A stretch of 64,000 nt of DNA from Ophelia neglecta (Eukaryota): NCBI GenBank assembly GCA_965285935.1, contig OZ260665.1, forward strand, positions 34,906,001 to 34,970,000. The letters are read 5' to 3'. The notes under the pieces are model-generated. The model was given only the letters and a program-made list of their open reading frames with translations, did no database searches and was not told where the DNA came from. The first letter of the stretch is position 1, and every line of letters begins with the position of its first letter. The translations under genes were made by a program, and so were the position numbers. Positions 25,781-38,200 of this stretch are shown piece by piece.

Positions 25781-28700
25781 CACCTGACCCGGTATCAACG
25801 TTTTCTGAAGACAGCTTGGAGAAGAGACGCGTGATGATCGATACTGATTCTTTGGGACTTTATCGCTGATCATTGGGGAAAATTATATCTATGGGCGTAG
25901 GATAACGTGCAGTGAATGAGACTGGAGGCATCCTCAGGGGCATCCAGGATCCCTGAGGCCAACAACCTTCACTCCAACACGACCGCAGAATGTGACGGGA
26001 CCGAGTGAGGAGAATCAAATACTCAGAAACAGTAGTTTCAATTTCTTCAATAGTACAAAACATCAACAGACAAGTATCATGTTCTGAAAAAGAACAACAG
26101 ATTCGTTTGCTGAACCACAATTTCAGCCACACACAATTAGCAGTAAAACAAACTTTCAGTCAAATGATGTTGTGCTTTTAAATTGTTTTATATATACATG
26201 TTTTATGAACTGTTTATGTTATATACTAATATAATGAAATACGTAAGTTATTTTTACTGAAGTTATCAATCTGGTTCAGCGGGTACACAAAAATCTTAGC
26301 TTCAATTAATTTTGTGATTCTGGAGTAGAATCATTCTATTTGTGATTATAAAAAGAATCGCAATATAAACCGGAACTCTCGCTGTGATCCAGCAGCTACG
26401 ATTTACCTGGGCAGCAAGTCGTTGATAAATCATTAATAATTATATAGACCGACATGCATGTTAACATATTCTTGGGTCTTGAGATCTGATAATATAGATA
26501 AAAACGGAGTGATATTATTGGTCGAGAGTGTTCACATGATGCAAGTGAGATTGCATTTGTGCTGTGAAAAACTACTACCAGGGCCTACAGTGCGAAGAGC
26601 AGGAGTAAAACTAAAAGCTCGATCGTCTAACACCTTTGCCCGAGATACATATTTTCTGGTGTTGACTGGAATACGAAGCCTAGAGTATCTATTTATTTCA
26701 TTTTCAAGGGATTGTCTGATAACTCATTTCGTTGTAATAGTTTTGCGGCTTTTTAATGTATATATTTCACATGAAAACAGGGATTGAAAGCGGCAGATTA
26801 TTGGCAGTATTGGGTAAGCCTTGGCATCATTAATGGCTTCCCTCCAAGATTGTATACATATATATATACTAACATGTAATTCTGAATGTTTTCCTAAGTA
26901 GAAATATGTCTATAGATCTGGTATTTAGCCGTAGATTATCAATATTCTGCGAACACACAGTTTGGTTCGTTTTACCACGCTAAAGTTACAAGTTTACTGA
27001 TCAACCCTAGTCTCGAAATCAACATTTTCCATCAACTTGTGAGTTGAAAACTTTATTGTAATTTTTTAATCAGATGCCCCACTCGTCAGAATAGACTGCA
27101 AGGGCGATGTTTTTAGGAAATCCCTGCTGCTTTAAAACCTTTCATATTCATGTCTATCACTAAAATCATCGCTCAATTATCACTACCAAATAAATGTTTC
27201 ATTGGCCTTTAATAAAACGCCTAAGGGAAAATATCGGCCTCTGTTCCTTGTCACAAAAAAATGAAGATTAAACCTAATTATATCAGACGACAGACAGCAC
27301 CTTGGTTTCGTTTAATGTGTTATCAATGTACCTGTGAATTTTTGAAGCCCTGTCGATCAATTTGTTGCCCAGTAGATATAAATCTCGTATGTTAGGCCAA
27401 ATATCATGTAATTTATTTTAGCCTTACTGATTAACGGTGGATTCAGGAAAAAGAATGAAATAAAAACAAGCTTTGACCTATATCTGAAGTCCTCATAAAA
27501 GCCAGGAAATTCGAAACTAAGGGAGTAGCGAGTACTCCGCCGTATAGATCTTGCACAAACTAAAAATTATACGTGGCTTGATTTTATCATTTGTCATTAT
27601 GGCACGGAAAGTACATGAAGTGACTGGCATAACAATCTTTTTTTCTTTTGATTGAAGAATCTCTTTCCGTTAGTTGAAATAATGTATAGGTCTGCCACAT
27701 TCTAGACAAACTGCGCTAATCGCAAACGCCATGGGTGGGGGCGTTGGCGGGGAGGGGGAGGGGAGGGAGTAGGCTGGTTCATATGTTGGCCATATTACTG
27801 ATGGAGGGGTAGTTTTGGAAGGCTAATGTCCCTATAAGCGACATTTTTCAGAAAATCCACTTTGTCAAAGGTCTAAACTTTAATCTGTTTCCCAAGCCAA
27901 GGATCTGTTTTCAGACACAAATTCCTTACATCACAGTATGTCGGCTACATTCCCTGTTTCAACACAATTTCAAGCGCAGCTTGCCCCATATCATCCTGAT
28001 GAACAATGGCAAGTAAGATGACTGCCATTGAAACGCATCAACAAAAAGTGGATTACACACGATTCATAATGTTCGATTTCGTCAACACTAATCTAGTCCA
28101 AAGCATTAGGCCCTATGTGTTTTGTACACATAATTTACCCTAACAAAAGGTATGATTACTATACCTTCAACTATACATAATTCTCCTGCCCCCTTCAGAG
28201 GAATAAGCATACACTGTTTTTTATGTGATATTAAGAATGCTGTACATGTATATGTTTTATGAAATGCCACTTAAACCTATCCTTAGGCTTGTGTATAATG
28301 TGACACTCGAACTCATACAATAAGAAACGATGCAAAATTTAAAGCAGCCACGTAAATAGTCATTGGTGACCTAATGTATACATGGATGTACTTATGATGC
28401 ATACATAGGGCCCATTATTGGTAATAACACATACAAGTTTCTGAACATAAACATAAAAAACCGATAATCAAACGACGCCAACCAATACTTTATACTGTCA
28501 GGTAACAATAGTACATATGGTCTCTTATTAGTTTTCATCAAAACTACAATAGTTTGCATATAAAGCCCATGCTATAAACTAGAGTATTTAATGAGCCATG
28601 GTCTAGATCCTATTTGTATGGAGTTTCCATGTATATAGGAGCCAGGTTGTTGACAGGCAGTGGCAGGTTTAAAGGAAATACATCACCGCTATCTCGCCTT

Positions 28701-29431
28701 TTAATCGCTTTGGATATTGAGGTTACCGGAGTGGCTGGTTTACCAGGTCCTGCCTGACACTTTGTAATTGGACTACAGTGAAAACGTTTATTTTGTCCCA
28801 TTACTTCTCTAGGGTTATCCATCTTTCAGTAAGTTGGCAAAAGCTGGGCGTAGGAAGCAATTTGCTCGTCTTTTCCGAGCTCGACAAAGGGGAAATCACT
28901 GTATTCAATATTGTGGACAAGACACAGAGGATCAATCCTGGTCAATCAACACTTATCCATGTATATATATGATATGTTGCCGTTGGTAACCTTTGGTTTT
29001 TTATGGACAATGAACTATTTTTATTGAAAGCTACCGTGGAGATACTGTTTATGCAGGCACGAGTATATGACCAGAAGCACCATTAGTTCGACTTAGGGGA
29101 AATAATGTCGGTTAAAGTCTGGTCTCCGAAGTACACTGCATCTTTGACGCTTGGTTTCTTCCGCCTGCTGACCCGTCCACTGAGGGTCAATAAGCCATCA
29201 CACCGCCTACCCTAGCGGTCGGCATAGAGATGGGCACCGTCCCGGTCACTTCACTTCAAGAGCCCCGAGGGATCGCCTGAAGCAGGCTGGCTCCAGTAGC
29301 TTCAAGAGCCGTAAATATTGCGTGAGGTTCCATATGCTTGAACTCCCCAGTCGAGGATGAAATGGATGTGCCATTCATCTGTTTGATTTGATATTATTAA
29401 ACCATTCAGCGGCTCTCCATTTTCTCCTTAC

Positions 29432-29478
29432 ATGCCAGACTGAGGCAATCCGCCTAAGGTTCTATTGAACCTCGGCAT
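29432..29478 (-). CDS. Weak candidate phase-2 micro first exon (MPRFNRTLGGLPQSG+AT|)
   Basis: cacaacATG context, 47 nt, donor AT|GTAAGG. Short enough to be chance. Confidence 0.12.
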
Positions 29479-30596
29479 GTTGTGTCAATCTCATGTAAGC
29501 TTATATTGATACTTGTCCATAGAATGTGACATCTGAGGGACCTTATCATAAAGTCATAAGGTGAGCCGGAGCTACAGGAAGATATTTGTCTGACTGCCAC
29601 AGAAAATAAACAGTTGCATTAAAAATCGCTTTAAATTCTGGAGGAACCAAGGCCTTCAGACAAACAAAAGATACATCAAACCTTAACCACAGGCTTTTCC
29701 TCATTACATTACATGACTTGACCTAATACTGGTATATATTCTGGGTTGATAAAAACCAAGCCGTTGTTTATATGCCGCATGTTTTAAATAGTTACTTCCT
29801 TCTTTTACATATGCAGCAATATGGCCGAATTCATTTGCCTATATACATAAAACTGCTACAAATTGTGCGAGTGGCTTCCCAGTTAATAATCAAGTAATGA
29901 TGGTATTCATTGCGGTTGTAATTGCCGGGACTTCCGTTATTGAAACCACCCTCATACCAAAGGACCTCATACCAGACCAAACGCGGCAAGGGAGCGCCAA
30001 ATTATCACCTTTCATTGCTCTACAGAGAAAGTAGAAGCTGCTGACTTGTAAATGCACTATTTCAGTTGAATACGGGGCCTGAAGTCGGTCCCCTGGCAGC
30101 CATTGGCTATTATATTCAGTCATTAACAACTTGAGATAGTATATCTAATAAGCTCTTCGAAATCTAAGACTGATTCATTCGACTTTTGGGTTTCTCTTAA
30201 ACAAACTAAGGCGAAAGAGAGACAGGAAGTTGGGGTTAAACCGTCCGATCATGATATGATTGTTTGAAGTCATAAGGTGGAATTAAAGATTGAGGAATAT
30301 ATTTTTATTGTTGAGACATACTGGAGTTGTCTTTTTGTGAGTAATTTTAATTAACTTAACACCTACAGTATTCAGTACTCAAGTGGGTCAGCAAACGGCA
30401 CATAGAATACTCACGAGCTACCAAACTACAACGTTTAAATGAAACAGAAACAACTGGCTTTAAGAATGCATAGTCATTGCCATATTGTTGTACAGTTAGC
30501 TGCTCAATTCAAGATGACAGTGTCACCCTATAAATAAGCATTAAATCAAGCTGAAATCTACCGAATCTGCCACGTATTAAACCAACCTCTCAATAT

Positions 30597-30631
30597 CACG
30601 TGAGTTTCACATTCGTTGTACGCACTTCCGG
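30597..30631. promoter_or_regulatory. E-box plus ETS motif pair
   Basis: CACGTG at 30597-30602 and CACTTCCGG at 30623-30631. Confidence 0.25.
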
Positions 30632-33600
30632 TTGCAGCCTCGTTCATATATGAACAATGAAAACACACAATTCCCTATTTGGCAAGCGTGACCTTTCATG
30701 CCTTTGGCCCGTCTGGCTAAAGACCTTTGGCATGTCAGCGCAAGGAGATATAATCATAGAAATGATTCCTCTGATCGAATTCCCTCGCATATTTATCATT
30801 TATATTGCATTGTATTCATTTATCAAATATATACCTTAAATCATTGTTGTTTTGCAAGAAATGCCAGTGTGTGCAGTCAGAAAGCCAAGGGATATGTAAT
30901 ATTACAAGAAAAATCGTTAATATAGGAGCATGTCTGTCAGGCGTTGTTTACTAAAATGTGCAAACAGGGTATGGGCGGAATGATATTGAAAAAGAGAATC
31001 AATGATTGCAATCATTTCAAAACTGAAAAACTTTAACACCGTCATTTTATTCAGAGCTAGAGATAAGAAAACTGACGAACTCGTCACACAATATAGCCAT
31101 AGCCATGTTATTGTGTAACCGACTGAGGGATTCACTACTCCTTGCCGACCAGTCTTATCTAAAGCACACATTATCAAGGTACTGTCAACCATATTACCCC
31201 TGACAACTAATTATGTTCTAGCTCTGTCCCTAGAAAGTGTCCTTCAGAAACAAGAATTTCTTTTTTTATCCCGATTCGCATCGATATTAAAACTTTGATT
31301 GACAATGTCTAGCCCAAGTGAGACTTGTGAGAGACACACCGAGGAAAAAAAGCCCCTTGCCTCATCTAGAGCTATTGTCGATCTCCAAAGAAGCTCAGCA
31401 AAAAAATAGTTTGCTGTCAGTACTACTTCAGCTAACTTCATTTATTGACATGAATATGGCATCTTGAAGTTAGCAGACACGCGTGAACAGATAAAATTGT
31501 CAGTCTAGGTTCGTCTCTTCACCTTAGCGATACATTAGACTGGGTTAGAAGCCAATCGTCTTAAACAGGAAGTGCGTCAATTCAGGTGCCACTTTACTCA
31601 ATTAATTCATTTCCGTCCCATCACCTGACCGTGGACACCATTCTTTGGTGAATGCTAGTGAACTCAAATGGAGGTAATTGTACCTGAATCATTCGTAAGT
31701 GAGCTATCCCTGCAATGACCAAAATCCGCAGGAACGATATGGCTAAACGATGTGGTGAAAGGCAGACGAAAAAGTAATTGACTCCATGAACTGGCTGAAA
31801 ACAAACTATGGTCAAATACACCATAGGATTAAAGTGGCCGACTTTCGAGATTCTTCTCTCTCACTTTGACCTTTCCTTTTGGTAATCATAAAGATCAATG
31901 AACAATGTTCATCTTACTCCCCACCTAATACTGTCAAATTAACCAAGGGAGAAATCGGGTCAACTACCTTGCATGTAGCTCAAAGTAGACCCTGTCCATT
32001 GTCCGGAGATAACCACCTCAAATTGTCAATTCACAATGTGATTCCCAACTTTCCCTTATTCCAATGTGACATGTCCATTTTAAAGGAAAACAAACTTGTC
32101 CTCGTTGACAAGTAGGTGGTGACTTTAGGTCTTGTGGATTTTTCCGACTTTTTTTATACTAGTCAAATATTTATTCGGACCAAGAACGGTTTTATTGGAA
32201 AATATTTAATTAGATCTTGCTCTCATTGTCATTGGAAGTTTGGTGTCGTAGCAAGTCTGTTACGATGCATGTGATTTATATGTCACAAATATATCTCAAC
32301 ATTATAGTTTATTGTGATTTTCTCATCATAATGTCGTTCCTTCCTATATTTTCATTGCGGGTATTTCTATATGATGAATTTTTTATTGATGCTACCTACA
32401 TAATCATATGTAAAGTTCTGTCTCAATCAGATATTTATTTATATTTGCTATAAATTTTAAAATCTATAAGATCTCGAACAGGAGGGACAGCATTATGATG
32501 AAACAACGTTTTCCACATTCATTTTATAATATCAAAATTGCCCGTGGCTTGTGGAATATTGGTCCGAATGTTGCCCAATCAATGTAAGTTACCAAAAATG
32601 TATTTTGCTTAGCTCTATGAAACATGTTTACCTGCTAACATGCGTCCAACGAATTGAATACACTAAGAAAGCGAATAAAACCTTTAGCTGCATTTTAATA
32701 AAGTCAAATGTATAAAAGTGATAGCCGGGATATGTGTCTTGTTTAGATAACTGATTTACAAAACCATAAACAGTTTACTTCAAAATATTATACCATTTCG
32801 CCTATGAAGTTACTTTCATGTGGTGTGCCGCAAGGGTTAATTGTTGGTGTGTTTTTGTTCCTGCTCTCTGCTACTCATTTTATTCACGAGTTTTCGATAT
32901 TAATATATTCTGCCGAATTATTTTTGCCAATGTTACCAATTGTTTTATCAATGGTCAAATTAAGAAACATATGACTCGAACTTGTATATTGAACAGAATA
33001 AATAGTCCGATCATCATTCACCAACAAGCCAGTTTATGTTAGAAAGCATAATTTAAACTGATATTTAGCCCATACGAAAATGTCTTGCTAATAATTGTTG
33101 TCTTGTAATTAGAGAGACGCTGATTGAGCCAGCACTACATTTTTAGAAGCATTAAATGATAGAAAGTTTCATTGCTTGATCATGTTCTTTGTTTAAAGGA
33201 AAACTTGAAATGTATATTAGTATAGTTTATGGCCTAGACGTTTATTTTATAAGTCCACGTTCCTTGTTAAATTCCTGTTTGCACATATTTATTGAGAAAT
33301 GGAGAACAATTAATTTTAATCGCATTTATATATTCAATACTGCACTGAAACTATCAGAAACGTCAGAGTTGTCTTTTTGATAATACCCCTAGTTTCCATT
33401 TCTTACTGTGTGCAGTTGTGGATAATTATCTGCACTTATATTTATTTTCAAATCCCCAAAGACACAAAAAGTGTACAACATTGCAGTAGCTTCCAAACAG
33501 CACATCATAGCAGCACATTATAGATGTAGTCCTATTCACATTGATTATAAGGAAGCAAAGACTGTCTAAAAGTATGCTGATTTTAAATGATCAACGTCTT

Positions 33601-34315
33601 GATATCTTAGAGAGATCAGCAGGAGCGGCGTAAAGACAATCTGTGTCCGCCGAGGAAGACATTGATCATCTCAAATTCTAAAACCAATCACTTTCGTCTG
33701 CCGTACAAATACTACCAAAAGACCTGACTACCCTTAGACCATATATCGAAAACATACAGCCAGGCATCGTAAACACAGCATAAGAGGCCTATCAGAAGAG
33801 GACACCGAAAGGGTATTGACTAGGGTCGTCGAAATAGAGACTCGGGGCATCTCAATCATCGAAGAGGTTTCCAGGGCTATGGTTCGAACACATTCGTCGA
33901 CAAGAACAGTAGTCTACGGATTTCGTAGCGTTTTGGCAAAATAGGGCATTTGATCATAATAAAAAATTCATAGATATGTTGCTTCTTTAGTATCCGAAGA
34001 TTTTCCACACATGGATTCCTGTTGGAAATATACCCGTAACAATAGTGACTAAGAATAAACAATATACACACTACCTTCATTCGCATTAGAATCATTTACA
34101 GAGAAATTTAAAATTAGGCTCAAATATTGGATGTTTCCCCCGATACGAACGGCTATTTTTATTTATATATTCGGGCATCGTTGGCATTGAGACATGTAGA
34201 TAGGTTAACCTTATTTGCAACGAAAAAGGATTAAAAAATCTATATTAATTCTAAGACACATGCCTTGAGAAAAGTGAATAATTTTAAGCGATAATGACAT
34301 GCTTAAACACAAACG

Positions 34316-35032
34316 GTTGCCATGGTTACCACAAACATACAAAATAATTACAAAATACATTTTATATCAATCATGGAAACCTGAGGAAATTAATGTTCAT
34401 ATATGTATGACTCAGGGGATATGTTCTGATTGTATTCAAATCCAGGCATTGTCAGCCGTTGCCATGATAATCAAGCATCAAGAAAGAACACGAACGGTGC
34501 CCTTCTTCATTGGCATCGGATGCAATTGTTCAAATAGAGAGACGATATAACATGTCTTGAAAAAGTACAGTTCTCGTCAGGTATAATTGGGAACAAGATT
34601 TTTGTGATTCCCATGGAAACCAATATGCTTTTTTGAATCTGGAGAATATCTCCTATTTTAAGTTTTACAGAAAGGTAAACAATGGCAACAAGACCGGTTA
34701 AGCCTTCATAAGGAGTGATCCGTGGTGTATTCTCGCAATGGTTTCCATAGCAACTTTGCAATTATGATATAGTTATGGAAAATCACGAATACTGACAGAA
34801 AACCTTTTCGTTTTATAGTTGTCTCCATTATTCATTATGGACTGGTTCATTCGTTAGTAGCATACCATTGGTTACCATGGCAACGACTGATGATGCGCAG
34901 TTTCCAATTATACACAATTGTGTGCATGTCTTTTCAGATACGTGCTTGCTTTTCATCTTTCACTTACGGTAACAATTAATAAGGTTGTGTTTGATGACAT
35001 TGAGGGAAGGGGATTCTGGTTACCCTGGTAAC
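34316..35032. promoter_or_regulatory. Homotypic cluster of RFX X-box-like motifs
   Basis: GTTGCCATGGTTAC (34316), GTTGCCATGATAAT (34458), ATTCCCATGGAAAC (34607), GTTTCCATAGCAAC (34741), GTTACCATGGCAAC (34871), GTTACCCTGGTAAC (35019), plus a half-site ATGGCAAC near 34682. Confidence 0.6.
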
Positions 35033-35125
35033 GGTTTATATTTATACGATATGTGTTCCCAATTTGAAAGGTCTATCTTAAAGGTTCTAAAATAGAAGGA
35101 AAATGTATATTTGGTTTATTCTTAC

Positions 35126-35217
35126 CATAGTAATGCGCACATTTCCAACCTGCCTCCATCCCTGTCTAGGAATACTTTAGGCAACTTATCTATGAAGTTT
35201 GGTTTGCCAGTAATCAT
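35126..35217 (-). CDS. Candidate phase-2 first exon (MITGKPNFIDKLPKVFLDRDGGRLEMCALL+TG|)
   Basis: 92 nt open from the first in-frame ATG to donor TG|GTAAGA. Lies immediately next to the X-box cluster. ATG context is mediocre (C at -3). Confidence 0.28.
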
Positions 35218-38200
35218 TTGCACTATTATTACAAAATCAGCTTGGCGATAGGGGAAACAGAAAACTATGTTTGTCGTAAAAGCCAATACGTAGCCATTAC
35301 CACTTCGTAACACATCTTTTTAAAAAGGTAGGCGCAACAGAAATATATTATCAGGAATTTGCTTTGAAAAATAAGGAAAACAGTTGGAGTATGTATGTGC
35401 CCAGCAGACAATTCAAAATCATTGAACAAGTTTAATACACTCAAACGATCCGAATGCATTATAAGTTGTGAACTGCAGACCTACAAATATCAGTTACCAG
35501 CCTCATGATTGAAAAAATGATATACGGAAAACCAATGAAATAAAGACATTACTTACACTGAAAAGTGGTAAACAGTTATCCATTATGTAATGACACAAAA
35601 CATTGAGTTGGTCAACATAGCCCAGAGATAATATATGCCCTAAAAGATACTCCCGTAGACAAGGCACTCTTATAAATGTCTCAGTTGAAATGGTACCATA
35701 TCATGGTCAAGGATGAGCAATATACAAAAGTAAGTAGACTGTCAAGACAAGCTGAATAGAACGACGAGTCAGAATTTTTTTTTTCTATGGTGTCTTATCG
35801 TCAACTAGCAGGAGCCTGTACCTCCAGCAGTAATATATTCATGCATTTTTAATGTATTGGATCGTTTCGAAAGACCATTAGTGATTTTAAACTATATCTA
35901 CCCATCTGCCTGCAGCTTTGATGGCACGTTCTCGTGCAACCAAGTGAGCTGTATGTTTTTTTACATGTCGTATGTGTGCTACTGATTAATATTGCATTGT
36001 ACCTGACTCGTTAATATTCTGTACTGTACCTATTTGCACGTGCTTCTACTAAACGCATAGGCCTACTTTTTTTCGATATTATAGGTAGCATCAATCCTAT
36101 ACTACATTCTCAATTTGTCATCCTATGCACATAACCTCCAATGAAATGGTTTTTTGAAATAAAAAACACGAAGCAATGTAAATTAAACCATAAATAAACT
36201 TTTAGAAAGCATAAATCATCCAGATACAGAAGTAGATACAAAATTCAAGGGATAAAAAGGAGAATACTTAGCTTCAACGAGAATTATTACCAAACACTCA
36301 TGCATGTGAATAAGCACAGCATGTGTAAAATTTGACTTGTAATCAAAGAAGCCATTAATAGCTACAAAAAATGGCACAAATAGATTACCAATTTTATTTT
36401 AATGGTAGGATGGTTGATGATGAAGTCTCACAGCAGGGAAATATTATTTGTTTTGCAAAAGTTGCCCCAACTCTGGCTAAGTCTGTCTTGAAAAACAGGA
36501 GCGGACATCCGGAAGACAAATAGATATCAGTAATCGAGTATTTTCCATTACAGCGGGCCGAATCCACCGGGAACCTTCAGCTGCTGGCCAACATACATTA
36601 ATTCCAAGTTCCCTACCTGTAAGTATGGTTTTTTAGTCGCACTTAGTGATTACACATTTAATATTGTTATCACTTGCAATAAGAAGTTGTCAACACTTGC
36701 CCATAATGCGAGTTAGAACACAAAAAAAGGAGCATAAAACAAAAGTCACAAGTCAACAAAGAATATAGGTAAAATATGAGGGGAAAGGGAGTGGATGCCC
36801 GACAGACAAAGCCAAATCATTGATCAAAAAATAGTCTATTAGTCGGTACGAAATCGTCAGGAACCTGCATCCGTAGACCCCCACTTGTCAATAAATCAAG
36901 CCCCATAAAGTCTTAGGCAGTTCTCCCGATTTCTCCAGTGTCTATGATGAGTCTATGATGGGCAAGCTCTCTCATAATTTAAAGACTAAGTACCTTTCAT
37001 TAAAAATTCAAGTTCAGAGTAAATGTCAATTGTCCCTGTATACTAAAGAGGAATATGCCTTTAAATCTCCTCGATAGTGCGATACAATGTTAACTATGTA
37101 AAATGAACCAGGTGCGCTTTTATTGTGACGGAATATGCGCAATTGCAACATACGTTTTATCATCATGAAGCAGATACAAATAGTCTTAGCCCTAGGATGC
37201 GTGGAATATGTCAGTCTAAGCTATTGAAGTCTTTTGCTACCAAGATGTTCTCTCTCCAAGCCTGATATAATCAGACAGAGTGCACATGAATGTAAAGTGG
37301 CCACAATTCTCGAGATAGGCGTATCCAATCCGTATGCTGGAGAAAAGAAATATTGTTATCAAGGAATGCAACGTTTACTATTGGAAAAGCGAAATAATCT
37401 CCTTCGCCATAAAGGTTGGATTGGATCTGGCTAGAAATATTCAGGTTAACTTATTGCAAACTTTTCTGACTATGACTCTAAAAAAATTGGAATGTGTCAG
37501 TACGTCTTGTTCCATAGTCTCAATCTGACAAAGATAGCAAAAGTCAATTTTTACAACACCCTTATAGCAACATTTACGTCGTGTTTATTATGGATTTCAT
37601 TAGTATTATCCCAGTTATCCTTAGCTTTTCTACGATATATTGCGTATTTATACCAGTCTATTTCGTTAGCCCAGTAGCACATAGCGTGGGGCCTATCACA
37701 AAGACCAGACGACCTGGCGAATCCTCTGCATTACACCCCAATTGCTGGTGATTGAAAAAGTATTGATTCCCACTGGACAAGACCTCGGTCTCAAATTGAA
37801 ATCTTGTAGGGTCATTTTCCGGTTACAGGTTTCCTCTTGCACATGGCTGGAGAACAACGCAAGATCGGCTCTGATCAAGATGGTCAATCACTGGGACGCT
37901 TTTGATAAGTGTTTGTAGTAAACCGATATATTGTTGGGAAAAAAATGTTGTTTCAACTGAACGCCATAGTTCTAGAATATGGCAATTGTGTAACTGTAAC
38001 AAATACAAAAAAAGCCTAAAAGTGGACAGAAATTACTAATGACTTACTTATCCTCGTATTAGATCATGAAAAGAAAACTAACCATGATCTTGGAATTATT
38101 TATTACAAAATAATTTCTTTGAGCCATACAAATATGCTCTGCGTCTTTAGACACTAGAAAGTCGAGTTCTGGAACTTTTCCCTCATCGATCTATTTGCCA

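Noticed and set aside
27993-28053. Hammerhead-ribozyme-like CTGATGA-stem-GAAAC
   Set aside because: Two extra bases before stem II, almost no stem III, and a GUG rather than NUH cleavage triplet.
31621-31824. Minus ORF ending AG|GTGATG as another phase-2 exon
   Set aside because: Weak donor (+5 T), a random-looking hydrophobic peptide and no supporting context.
33600-33943. Possible decayed retroelement gag-like frame (LSEEDTERVLTRVVEIETRG...)
   Set aside because: Interrupted by stops with no diagnostic motif; would need BLASTX/HMM support.
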